Assembly: GCA_964598575.1 (NCBI GenBank)
Contig: CAZRCN010000001.1
Span: 1-62,540 of the forward strand
DNA length: 62,540 nt
From: an uncultured Victivallales bacterium
GTDB lineage: Bacteria > Verrucomicrobiota > Kiritimatiellia > UBA8416
Direction: 5' to 3'
Notes under the pieces: model-generated
What the model saw: only the letters and a program-made list of their open reading frames with translations
Told to the model about the DNA's origin: nothing
Databases searched by the model: none
Program-made: the position numbers and the translations under genes
Shown here: in pieces, positions 1 through 9,166 of the stretch
Layout of the letters: every line of letters begins with the position of its first letter
Position numbering within the stretch: position 1 is the stretch's first letter

Positions 1-53
1 CCTAGCAAACTAATGCCTAATGCCTGAATTTCCGCTACAGCGGAAATTCCTCT
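1..53. repeat. Dispersed repeat, copy 1 (left side cut by the window edge), ending in a 10-bp-stem hairpin
   Basis: 1..53 is base-for-base identical to 21370..21422 in the same orientation. Hairpin GAATTTCCGC (26-35) TACA GCGGAAATTC (40-49), preceded by CTAATGCCTAATGCC units. Confidence 0.9.
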
Positions 54-137
54 AATCATTCACGTTTTGACATGCACCGTGTTCCCTGTATAGTACTGCC
101 ATCAATATTGGTAATTCCCAAAACATGGAGAGGTAAC

Positions 138-959
138 ATGAACAATCGTTTGAGTGCATTTGCAGATGAAGTCAGCCAGGACCTTGATGAACAGATCGCC
201 ATTATGCAAAAAGAAGGTGTCGGGAATATCGAACTTCGTGCAGTCGACGGCAAAAATGTGCTGAAGCTCACCCCCCAAGAGGTCAAAACCGTAAAGCGCA
301 CCTGCTCCGCGGCCGGTATCGGCTTTAGTGCCGTTGGCTCCCCCTTGGGCAAATTCCCGCTCGATGGCGATTTCAAGCAGCAGTTGGATGATACCAAGCG
401 GGCCGTCGAGTATGCCCACATCCTGAAAGCGCCCTATATTCGCATGTTCAGTTTTCATATTCCCAAGGGAGACAATCCGGCCGACCATCGGAGCCAGGTT
501 ATGGATTGGCTCTCCGCCATGATCGCCGAGGCAGAAGCCGGCAATGTCATCATGGCCCACGAGAACGAAAAAGGCATTTATGGGGATACCGGGGCACGCT
601 GCCTTGATTTGATGCAGTCGCTCAAGAGCCCTGCCTTTACCGGCATTTTTGACTTTGCCAATTTTGTCCAGTGTGGCGAGCAGCCCTACCAGGACTGCTG
701 GCAACAGCTAAAGCCCTATATCACGTACTTCCACATCAAGGATGCCCTACTCGAAAGCGGGAAAGTAACGCCCGCCGGACAGGGTGACGGGGATATTGAA
801 AAAATCCTGGGCGAAGCCTATGCCGACGGATTCGAAAATTTCCTCACACTGGAACCACACCTATCTGTAGCCGAGGCCAATTACGGGCGCACGAGCACGG
901 AACTCTTCCATACGGCCGTTGCCGCGCTCAACGGGATCCTGTCGCGCGTCCAGAGCTAG
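138..959 (+). CDS. Sugar phosphate isomerase/epimerase (xylose-isomerase-like TIM barrel family)
   Basis: ORF 72..959. The internal ATG at 138 is preceded by GGAGAGG (127-133). Family-like stretches: NIELRAVDGKN, MAHENEKGIYGD, YFHIKDA, LTLEPHL. Confidence 0.7.
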   Translation: MNNRLSAFADEVSQDLDEQIAIMQKEGVGNIELRAVDGKNVLKLTPQEVKTVKRTCSAAGIGFSAVGSPLGKFPLDGDFKQQLDDTKRAVEYAHILKAPYIRMFSFHIPKGDNPADHRSQVMDWLSAMIAEAEAGNVIMAHENEKGIYGDTGARCLDLMQSLKSPAFTGIFDFANFVQCGEQPYQDCWQQLKPYITYFHIKDALLESGKVTPAGQGDGDIEKILGEAYADGFENFLTLEPHLSVAEANYGRTSTELFHTAVAALNGILSRVQS

Positions 960-997
960 CCTGTACCTTCATTGTTATCCGACAGTTTTCGGCATGC

Positions 998-1131
998 ACT
1001 GGAGTCGCGGCGCCCTCGTCGCGCAAGCCCGTGCTGTGCGCATAGAATGGTCATACCAAGCCCTCTGGACACACTATGATCTTGGCAGGCACTGCCTATG
1101 CACAGCGCGACGAGGGCGTCGCGGCTCCAGT
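998..1131 (+). repeat. Long imperfect inverted repeat / structured element (27-bp outer stem enclosing ~80 nt with inner helices)
   Basis: 998-1024 (ACTGGAGTCGCGGCGCCCTCGTCGCGC) pairs with 1105-1131 (GCGCGACGAGGGCGTCGCGGCTCCAGT). That gives 25 Watson-Crick pairs plus 2 pairs (1005/1124, 1010/1119) that are G-U only in a plus-strand transcript. Inner helices: CTGTGCGCATAG/CTATGCACAG and GGCAG-GCA-CTGCC (1085-1097). The element starts 39 nt after the stop at 959. Confidence 0.6.
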
Positions 1132-1289
1132 CAGTTCGAGACTACGAAGTTTCAACCTGGCATGATCCGAGCACCCTCGGGGGTAGCGTGCCCCCTTCAC
1201 CGGGAACCACGGGGATGTTTATTGTGGGTATGTGGGGGCATTCGTTCCTCTCACAACCCCACACATAGTCCCCCTGGGCTTCTCACCCG

Positions 1290-1463
1290 TCATTCGGAAA
1301 AGCCGGGAACATAGGGGCTCCCTTCCCACGTTTGCGGCGAGTTCCACGGAATATCTGAATCTTCCGGCACCGAAACACATCCGCTTAGGGCAAGCAAAAG
1401 GACCCCAGCCAAGGTAGCCAGCAACAGAAACCCATATATGTGCCTACTGATAGTACACCACAT
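1290..1463 (-). CDS. Small predicted lipoprotein (57-aa precursor, 29-aa mature peptide)
   Basis: Internal ATG (1463) of ORF 1290..1517. MWCTISRH + IYGFLLLATLAGVLLLA + lipobox LSGC, then CVSVPEDSDIPWNSPQTWEGSPYVPGFSE. It overlaps the 3' end of the upstream same-strand gene by 20 nt. Only a weak AGGG lies upstream. Confidence 0.45.
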   Translation of the reverse strand: MWCTISRHIYGFLLLATLAGVLLLALSGCVSVPEDSDIPWNSPQTWEGSPYVPGFSE

Positions 1464-2616
1464 CGCCAACCCTGATCTCTCCTTGCTGCCAGTCTGACAG
1501 AATGTCGCCGATGGCAAGGTTCTGATCCTTCTTGAGCTGTGTCATGCGAATCTTGGTGACAAATGTCAGCTCGTCTCCTTCCGGACGCATCACCATCATC
1601 TCCAGCATGGGCAGCCGATTATCATTCTCTGCCGCAATGGCGAGCAATGCCTCGACAAATGTCTCATCCAGTTCCATTACCAGGAACAAATGCGTCTGGT
1701 CAACCGATACAACCGAACCCTTCGCACCAGGATCCAGGTCAACGCGGGCCATGCCGGTTGCAACACCATCTTCACCGGTGACAACCGTCTCACCACGACC
1801 TCCATCAAGGCGCCGCAAATCTTTAACCTGAGCCCGCAAATCGGCTACCGTATCCACTAATTCCTGGTTGCGGATTTCCAACGTGTCTTTCTCTTCGATC
1901 AAGACCAGTTGCTCTTGCTCCAAATCCCCAATTCGCTGTTCCAGCCCTTCGATGCGCTCGTTGGCAAAGGCCAGGTCACGGCGCGTACTCTCAAGCTGCC
2001 GCTCCAGCTCGGCCTTTTCAGCCTCCAAGCGCGCTATGGTTGCCCTGTCTTGGCGCAGCTCATCCTTGAGTGCATTGTGCTCTTCTATGGTCGTAACCAG
2101 CTCCTCGCGCAACTCACGCATTTGCTGCCGCGACGCCGTCAGCAGATTGTACTGCGCACTGGCACGGTCGAGCAAATCCCCCAGAACACCTCGCATCGTC
2201 CCGGGTCCATCCATGATCGGCGCACCCGTATCCGGATCCAGAACAACTTTTCCCGTCACCGGATCCGTCCGGTAATAACTCATCAAAGCCCTTCGCCGTT
2301 CAGAAAGATCCATCAAGGGATTATCCAGTTCTTCCAGCTCCGGACGATAATCCGCCCAGAAATCCGTGCGACGTGGATTCGGCTCGGCCTCTGCCGTTGC
2401 CGGCGAAATATCTTTTTCCGGATAGGTGGGAGGAACCGCGGGCGGCTCGGGCGGCTCACTTTCAATGGACCGCGACATGCTGATCACATTTCGCTCCAGC
2501 GTCAGAATCCGTCCCTTGAGTAACTCCCTGCGCGAGAAAAGGATATGCGCCATAACCAAGGCACCGATTGAAACCAGCAGCAGCAACACCACCAGCACTC
2601 GTAATAGCTTTCCCAT
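1444..2616 (-). CDS. Membrane-anchored coiled-coil protein, function unknown
   Basis: ATG at 2616 lies 5 nt after GGAGG; the GTG at 2628 in the ORF track sits inside that RBS. N-terminal TM LLRVLVVLLLLVSIGALVMAHILF, followed by a long E/R/L/Q-rich heptad-like region (ELREELVTTIEEHNALKDELRQDRATIARLEAEKAELERQLE...). Confidence 0.6.
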   Translation of the reverse strand: MGKLLRVLVVLLLLVSIGALVMAHILFSRRELLKGRILTLERNVISMSRSIESEPPEPPAVPPTYPEKDISPATAEAEPNPRRTDFWADYRPELEELDNPLMDLSERRRALMSYYRTDPVTGKVVLDPDTGAPIMDGPGTMRGVLGDLLDRASAQYNLLTASRQQMRELREELVTTIEEHNALKDELRQDRATIARLEAEKAELERQLESTRRDLAFANERIEGLEQRIGDLEQEQLVLIEEKDTLEIRNQELVDTVADLRAQVKDLRRLDGGRGETVVTGEDGVATGMARVDLDPGAKGSVVSVDQTHLFLVMELDETFVEALLAIAAENDNRLPMLEMMVMRPEGDELTFVTKIRMTQLKKDQNLAIGDILSDWQQGEIRVGDVVYYQ

Positions 2617-2779
2617 CGTCGCCTCCACTCCTCACGTCTCTCGCCTACGGTGAAAGTAATAGGCGAACGTTATTAGCAATATAGATGTGCTAGATTGTCT
2701 GATTTCAGCTCTGCTGTCAATCCTTTTAGCCGTATTTTTCCTATGCGGTCGAATCCTCTACACACCTTCATCCCTGTAC

Positions 2780-4906
2780 CTACAGCAAATGACCGCGGTG
2801 CGGATCTGCCTCGTCATCCCACCAGCGGGGCTTACTCGTGGCAATCCGCGCAATCTTCTTGGCCGTCATCTGGTTGCCACGCGCCTTCGCCCCCTTGACC
2901 GGTACGTCCGCCGGCTGGAAGACTTGCTGGTGAATCCGTTGCCCCTTGGATGGCTTATACTTGAGGTATATCGCTTCAGGCACACCTTTTTCCAGCAAAA
3001 GCACCTTTGCCGCATCCGTCGTGCAGCGATACTCCTTCGCGAGTATTGTGCCACCTGTGGCAAACCGCTTCATGTACGTGAAGCCGGTTTCCTGATCCGT
3101 GTAGACAATCGTATACTCCTGCTTGCGATCGGCCTTGTCGGACAGTTGCAAGCCTCCCGTCACAAAAAAACGTTCCGGGGGCGACATCACCCAATAACGC
3201 CCATCCTGCGAAAACACGATGATTTTGTCATACGATGAACAGGAAAAAAGTGCATCCCCGTTCACACCATACCCGATATACCCGCGCTCTGCGTCGTACT
3301 GGATTTTCAACTCCGTCGCGGTAAGCTCCCGCACCTCAATGGTTCCAAAGGTCGTAATCTCCGTCTGGCGCGGATAGTCCTTCCCATAACGCTTGAGTAA
3401 ATCCCGCAAATAGCGAATCACATAGCGCTTCAATTGCTTCAAGTGCTTCGCCACTTGTTCCAATTCTGCCAGAATCCCATCAATTTCCTTCTGGTGCTTC
3501 TCAATATCAAACAGCGAGATCCTGCGAATCCGCACCCCGAGCAACATTTCGATATCGGCATCCGTCACGGCCCGCTGCAACCGGTCCCGAAACGGCTCTA
3601 GCCCCGCGTATATCGCCTTTGAAACGGCTTCCGCCGTCTTGCAACTCTCGATCCGCTTGTAGATCCGCTTTTCAATAAAAATCTGCACCAGCGTTTTCTG
3701 TTGCAATGCCTCGGTTAAATTGTGCTGGCGCAGTTCGAGCTCGCGCTTGATAACCTCGACCGTTTGTTCCGTGTTCGCCCGCAAAATGTCCGAAACGTTG
3801 CTGTCGATCGGCCGGTCCTTGCTAATGACAACCGCCCGGGTCGATATACTCACCTCACAGTGTGTGAACGCATATAATGCCTTGATCGCCGTCTCTGGCT
3901 TCGTGCCCGGACTCAATAACAGCTCGATTTCCACTTCTTCCGAGGTGAAATCGTTGATAGCGCGAACCGGCACCTTCTTCTTGCGCACCGCATCCTCAAT
4001 CGAATGAATGATCGACTCCGTGGTCGTCCCATACGGAACCTCCCGAATCACAACCCGCCCCTTGCGATCGATATCGAACCGCGCCCGCACCTTTACCTTG
4101 CCGTTGCCATCCTCGTACTCGGATACATCCATCATGCCGCCCTGGAAAAAATCCGGAAAAAGCTGGAACGGCTTTTTTTGCAGGATGCCGATTTGGGCCT
4201 CGATCAATTCGCAGAAATTATGCGGCAGGACACGCGTTGACATCCCGACCGCAATGCCATCCGCCCCAAGCATCAGCAGCAAGGGCAATTTAGTGGGCAA
4301 GGTCACGGGCTCCTTACGGCGCCCATCGTAATTCGGAACATACGCGGTCAGATCATCATGAAACACTTCATCACGGGCAAGCTTCGTTAATCGGCACTCA
4401 ATATACCGGCTCGCGGCTGCCGGGTCCCCCGTGAGCGGATTCCCGAAATTCCCCTGCCCCTCGATCAGGTAACTCCGGTTCGTCAATGTCACCAAAGCAT
4501 CTGCAATCGATGCATCCCCATGTGGGTGGTACTGCATGCAATGCCCCACAATATTGGCCACCTTCGTGAAACGACCATCATCATTCTCATGCAGCGACCA
4601 GAGTATCCGACGCTGTACCGGCTTGAGACCGTCTTCCATCGCGGGAATCGCCCGGTCACAAATCACATACGAGGCATACTCCAGAAAATTGCGATCCATC
4701 ATCTTCCGCAACGGACCCGGCCCATGATGTCCCATTGTGTGGCTCCCACCGCCGGGTACAGTTCCATCAGGCGGCGTGCCTTTCCCGCCAGCAGAAGCAT
4801 CAACATCCTCTTTCCGCGCTGCTTCCGCCTCCGGGGCCGTCTCATCCTGCGGATCCGCCCACGCATCAAAATGAAATTCCGGCTGGGGTACTTTTTTCTT
4901 TTTCAT
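2780..4906 (-). CDS. parC: Type IIA topoisomerase subunit A (ParC/GyrA family, topoisomerase IV-like)
   Basis: LKPVQRRILW, QYHPHGDASI, IEGQGNFGN, and the active-site Tyr region AAASRYIECRL. The ATG overlaps the parE-like stop as ATGA (4903-4906). A ~70-aa acidic/Pro/Gly-rich N-terminal extension precedes the conserved core. Confidence 0.8.
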   Translation of the reverse strand: MKKKKVPQPEFHFDAWADPQDETAPEAEAARKEDVDASAGGKGTPPDGTVPGGGSHTMGHHGPGPLRKMMDRNFLEYASYVICDRAIPAMEDGLKPVQRRILWSLHENDDGRFTKVANIVGHCMQYHPHGDASIADALVTLTNRSYLIEGQGNFGNPLTGDPAAASRYIECRLTKLARDEVFHDDLTAYVPNYDGRRKEPVTLPTKLPLLLMLGADGIAVGMSTRVLPHNFCELIEAQIGILQKKPFQLFPDFFQGGMMDVSEYEDGNGKVKVRARFDIDRKGRVVIREVPYGTTTESIIHSIEDAVRKKKVPVRAINDFTSEEVEIELLLSPGTKPETAIKALYAFTHCEVSISTRAVVISKDRPIDSNVSDILRANTEQTVEVIKRELELRQHNLTEALQQKTLVQIFIEKRIYKRIESCKTAEAVSKAIYAGLEPFRDRLQRAVTDADIEMLLGVRIRRISLFDIEKHQKEIDGILAELEQVAKHLKQLKRYVIRYLRDLLKRYGKDYPRQTEITTFGTIEVRELTATELKIQYDAERGYIGYGVNGDALFSCSSYDKIIVFSQDGRYWVMSPPERFFVTGGLQLSDKADRKQEYTIVYTDQETGFTYMKRFATGGTILAKEYRCTTDAAKVLLLEKGVPEAIYLKYKPSKGQRIHQQVFQPADVPVKGAKARGNQMTAKKIARIATSKPRWWDDEADPHRGHLL

Positions 4907-6717
4907 ACGGCCACCACCAGATTTTCCATAATGTAGGAACGTCGATCCGGCGTATTCTTACCCATATAGAAAGACAGGATTTCATCAATCGCATGTTCCC
5001 CGTGAATACTCACAGTCCGCAACCGGATGTCATCCCCGATAAACTGCTTGAACTCACCCGGCGAAATTTCCCCCAGCCCCTTGAACCGCGTTACTTCCGC
5101 CTTGCTGCCCAACCGCTTCGTGGCAGCATCCCGCTCGGCTTCGGAATAACAATACGTGGTCTCTTTGCGGGTACGTACACGAAATAGCGGCGTTTCAAAA
5201 ATCTTCAAGTGCCCCCGCTCTACCAGGGTTTCAAAAAAACGCAGGAAAAAGGTAATCATCAGGTTGCGGATATGCAAACCGTCCACATCCGCATCCGTTG
5301 CCAGAATGATCTGCCCGTAACGCAGGCGATCACAATTCTCCTCCACGTCCAGACTGCGCATCAAATTGTAGATCTCCACGTTTTTATAGAGGGCATCCCG
5401 CTTCAAGTCGCACACATTCAGCGGTTTCCCCTTTAAAGTAAAGATGGCCTGGGTCTTGACATCGCGACAGCTTACGAGCGAGCCAGCCGCCGATTGTCCC
5501 TCCGTAATGAAAATCTGGGACTCTTCCCCCTTGCCCTTCACATGGTCATAATGGATTTTGCAGTCTTTCAGTTGCGGTACACGGATCGATACCGCCTTCG
5601 CTCGTTCACGCGCCACCTTCTTCACCGCTTGCAGCTCTTTGCGTAGCTTCTTGGTATCCTCGATTTTCCCGATCAGCCGATCAGCGGCCGTCTTATCGCG
5701 GTGCAGCAAATCCACCACGCAATCCCGAATGTGTGCCACCAACCCGGCCCGAATATCCGTGTTGCCCAGCTTGTTCTTGGTTTGCGACTCAAAGATCGGA
5801 TCCTTGATCCGGATGGCAATCGCCCCCAGGATGCCCTCGCGCACATCATCCCCATCATATTTACCGCGGCTGTACTCATTAATGCCCTTGAGCAACCCCT
5901 CACGAAACGCACTCAAGTGCGTACCGCCATCATTCGTATACTGGCCATTGACAAACGAATAGTACTCTTCGCTGAACCGGTTCGTGTGGGTGAACGCAAA
6001 CTCCAGTGTCGCATCCCGGAAATGCATGGGCGTGTAGATCTTTTCGTAAAGCCCCTCTTCCGTAATCAGATCCAACAACCCACCATCCGAGACAAACACT
6101 TGCCCATTACAATCAATCCGCAGCCCGGCATTCAGGTACGAATAAAACCGCAGTCGCCGCTCCACATGCTCGGGGTCAAAGGTATACGTCCCGAAAATCT
6201 CCGGATCAGGCAGGAACTCGACATGTGTGCCGTCGCGGTCACTGGATTTGCCCTTGCGTTCCGCAACCAGTTTGCCGCGTTCAAATGCAGCCTCCACGTA
6301 TTTTCCATCCCGGTGGCTGCGCACCAGAAACGAGGCAGACAGCGCATTGACCGCTTTTGTGCCCACCCCGTTGAGGCCGACGCTGAACTGGAACACATCA
6401 TCATTGTACTTGGCCCCCGTATTAATCTCGGAGACACAATCCACCACTTTGCCCAAGGGGATACCACGTCCAAAATCGCGCACACAAATCCGCTGATCAT
6501 CGATCTTGATGGCAATCCGCTTGCCATGTCCCATGATGAACTCATCAATCCCGTTGTCGACGACTTCCTTGAGCAGAATATAGATACCATCCTCATAGTG
6601 CGTACCATCACCCGTTCGGCCAATGTACATACCCGTCCGGAGCCGGATGTGCTCCAGGGATGACAAGGTCTTGACCTTGCTCTCGTCGTACTGGTGTTTT
6701 GCTTTTGCTGTTGCCAT
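4903..6717 (-). CDS. parE: Type IIA topoisomerase subunit B (ParE/GyrB family, topoisomerase IV-like)
   Basis: LEHIRLRTGMYIG, LLKEVVDNGIDE, GLNGVG, TEGQSAAGS, LKGKPLNV, ATDADVDGLHI. At 604 aa the length fits ParE better than GyrB. Confidence 0.85.
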   Translation of the reverse strand: MATAKAKHQYDESKVKTLSSLEHIRLRTGMYIGRTGDGTHYEDGIYILLKEVVDNGIDEFIMGHGKRIAIKIDDQRICVRDFGRGIPLGKVVDCVSEINTGAKYNDDVFQFSVGLNGVGTKAVNALSASFLVRSHRDGKYVEAAFERGKLVAERKGKSSDRDGTHVEFLPDPEIFGTYTFDPEHVERRLRFYSYLNAGLRIDCNGQVFVSDGGLLDLITEEGLYEKIYTPMHFRDATLEFAFTHTNRFSEEYYSFVNGQYTNDGGTHLSAFREGLLKGINEYSRGKYDGDDVREGILGAIAIRIKDPIFESQTKNKLGNTDIRAGLVAHIRDCVVDLLHRDKTAADRLIGKIEDTKKLRKELQAVKKVARERAKAVSIRVPQLKDCKIHYDHVKGKGEESQIFITEGQSAAGSLVSCRDVKTQAIFTLKGKPLNVCDLKRDALYKNVEIYNLMRSLDVEENCDRLRYGQIILATDADVDGLHIRNLMITFFLRFFETLVERGHLKIFETPLFRVRTRKETTYCYSEAERDAATKRLGSKAEVTRFKGLGEISPGEFKQFIGDDIRLRTVSIHGEHAIDEILSFYMGKNTPDRRSYIMENLVVAV

Positions 6718-6938
6718 GCGTGCCTAGCCCCCCACGTTTGTGTTACCCATGTTGCCCGAGCCGGGCACACTAGGTATGGACGCGGACCCTAGCAACAAAT
6801 CCTGCCACCATGCAAGCCAAAGCAGCACGGTCAACATGCCCAATCGGGTCATTCCGTTCTATTACGTCCATACCGGTGAGCCTGTATAGCAGTATCTGGG
6901 TATTTCGAGCTTCGTCATGCCGCATCCGCATATACGAA

Positions 6939-7775
6939 TCAGTCCTGCTGCTCCCCTTCCCCTAACGCACGATTCATTTTTCCTGATACCAGCCCTTCTT
7001 CATCAATCTCGCAGGTTTCGAACCCAAGCGCCTGTATGGCAGATGCAACCTGCGGTTGGATCGCATACAAAGTTGGCAGCTCATCCCGGGGCACCTCAAT
7101 GCGCGCGATCTTCCCATAGTGTCGAACACGCGCATTCGAGAACCCCGCCTCAAACAACCATTCTTCCGCCGCCTCCACTTGCTGTAGCTTTTCAGCCGTA
7201 ACGGCTTGCTCATACGGGATACGTGAACTCAAACAGGGACTGGCCGGCTTATCCCAATTCGGCAAACCAACATACCGTGCCAAGGCACGAATATCTCCCT
7301 TGCTGACCTTGCAGTCCACAAAGGGTGCCTGAACATCAAGTTGCCGCGCAGCCTCCATGCCCGGACGAAAATCCCCCAGATCATCATGATTCGCTCCACT
7401 TAATACCGCAAAGCCCGGATACGATGTTGCTATGGCGGCAATGTCTGTGAACAAATGTTGCTTACAAAAGTAACAACGATTGGCAGGATTCTTCGCATAC
7501 CGCGCATCCTGCAATTCCTTCGTGCGGATCACTTCCAACAGTATATCGAATGTCTGACAAAAATTCCGGGCAAACGCAAAATCACGAGCCTTGAGGCTCT
7601 CCGAACGCGATATCACACCGATAGCCTTGTCTTTGCCTTGAAATCTGCGTGCCAGGAAAAGCGCCAGGGTCGAATCAATGCCCCCCGAGAATGCCACAAT
7701 CGACCCGTTTCTCGCTTTGTACCAGCGCTCTAGCGCATCCAGTTTTTGCTGTATATCGACGGACAACGTTGTCAT
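6939..7775 (-). CDS. larE: ATP-dependent sacrificial sulfur transferase LarE (PP-loop ATP pyrophosphatase)
   Basis: PP-loop AFSGGIDS and conserved Cys in KPASPCLSSRIPY, with typical length (278 aa). Divergently transcribed from the kinase/LarA-like/larB genes. Confidence 0.75.
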   Translation of the reverse strand: MTTLSVDIQQKLDALERWYKARNGSIVAFSGGIDSTLALFLARRFQGKDKAIGVISRSESLKARDFAFARNFCQTFDILLEVIRTKELQDARYAKNPANRCYFCKQHLFTDIAAIATSYPGFAVLSGANHDDLGDFRPGMEAARQLDVQAPFVDCKVSKGDIRALARYVGLPNWDKPASPCLSSRIPYEQAVTAEKLQQVEAAEEWLFEAGFSNARVRHYGKIARIEVPRDELPTLYAIQPQVASAIQALGFETCEIDEEGLVSGKMNRALGEGEQQD

Positions 7776-7986
7776 CCTTTCACCTTTCTGTTATGTAGAC
7801 GTATTGACACGCGGGTTCATATAGGACAGTTGTAGGCAATATGCAAACCGTTCTGCCAAAACCGATATAGCTATAACGGTGATGGTACACCCAAACATAC
7901 ACGTAAACGGCAACAAGGATTGACGTACCTACCCGAAAACAGATAAAACCTGAACCTACATGATAGACGACAAAAGGAGAAGCACG

Positions 7987-9060
7987 ATGACCGAATCCGC
8001 TGCAAAAAAATATGCCTTGATCATTCCCACCAGTATGGGTATCCGACTGACACCTGAACATGCGCAGCCCTTCCATTGCAGCGATACCTTCAAAATGCAG
8101 GCGACCAGCGCAGAAAGCAATGTTGCCAGCGTGGTCTCCTATCTGGGATTACCCGTCAAGGTGCTTACCGCATTCGTCAAGGACAGCCCGATTTCCCATT
8201 TTATCAAGGACAATATCCGCAGCCGCCGCATGGACTTCGAAGGCCCCGAATTCCTACAGGATGACCCCTGGGGCTTCCGGCACCAGATCAATATGGCCGA
8301 TAGCGGCTTCGGTTCACGCGGACCACGCGTACAGAATGACCGCGCCGGCGAAGTCGGTCGCGAACTCAGCGCCGAACATTTCAACCTCGAACGCATTTTT
8401 GCCGACGAGGGCGCACGCATTGTACATATCTCGGGGCTGATTGCCGCACTTTCCCCGAAAACCAGTGCCTTCTGCCTCGATGTCGCCCGTATTGCCAAGG
8501 AAAACGGATCGCTCATTGCCTTTGATTTGAACCACCGGGCCAGCTTCTGGAAGGGGCGGGAGCAAGAACTCTCGGAAGCCTTTGCCGAAATTGCCTCCCG
8601 CAGCGATATCCTGATCGGCAATGAGGAGGACTTCCAGCTTTGTCTCGGCATCCAAGGTCCCGATGCTGGCGGCAAGGGGCTGGATGAAAAAATCGATGGG
8701 TTCAAGGACATGATCGGCCGCGTCAAATCGGCGTATCCGCATACCCGTTGGTTTGCCACGACACTGCGCGAAGTGGTTTCGGCCAATGCCCACCTTTGGG
8801 GGGCGCTTGTGACCGACAGCCAGGCGTGGGAGGTCATCAAGCCGCGCGAAATCGGGGTGCTGGATCGTATCGGCGGTGGAGACGGGTTTGTGGGCGGCTT
8901 GCTCTACGGCATCCTCAATGACTGGGATGTGCAAAAGTGCGCCCGCTTCGGTTGGGCCAGTGGTGCCCTTGCAGCAACCATGCTGACAGACTATGGGCAA
9001 CCCGCCGATGAAGAGCAGATCTGGAGTATCTGGGAAGGAAATGCCCGCGTAAAACGATAG
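7987..9060 (+). CDS. PfkB-family sugar kinase, 2-dehydro-3-deoxygluconokinase-like
   Basis: ATG at 7987 follows AAAAGGAGAAG. PfkB C-terminal motif VLDRIGGGDGFVGGLLYG, and N-terminal MGIRLTP... typical of KDG kinases. Confidence 0.6.
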   Translation: MTESAAKKYALIIPTSMGIRLTPEHAQPFHCSDTFKMQATSAESNVASVVSYLGLPVKVLTAFVKDSPISHFIKDNIRSRRMDFEGPEFLQDDPWGFRHQINMADSGFGSRGPRVQNDRAGEVGRELSAEHFNLERIFADEGARIVHISGLIAALSPKTSAFCLDVARIAKENGSLIAFDLNHRASFWKGREQELSEAFAEIASRSDILIGNEEDFQLCLGIQGPDAGGKGLDEKIDGFKDMIGRVKSAYPHTRWFATTLREVVSANAHLWGALVTDSQAWEVIKPREIGVLDRIGGGDGFVGGLLYGILNDWDVQKCARFGWASGALAATMLTDYGQPADEEQIWSIWEGNARVKR

Positions 9061-9166
9061 GTTTCTAGCCCCAAAACGATATAGAGGACAAACAAAGAGC
9101 GGTTTGATCGGTACCGAAAGCTAGACAGGTATCAGGATATACCAAACACCAAAGAAGGAGTACGCC

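Noticed and set aside
919-1417. ORFs 919..1314 and 1232..1417 in the 960-1443 gap, and a T-loop-like GTTCGAGAC at ~1134.
   Set aside because: The ORFs run straight through the long inverted repeat and have shadow-like composition. No cloverleaf (acceptor, D or anticodon arms) can be drawn around the GTTCGAG, so there is no tRNA.
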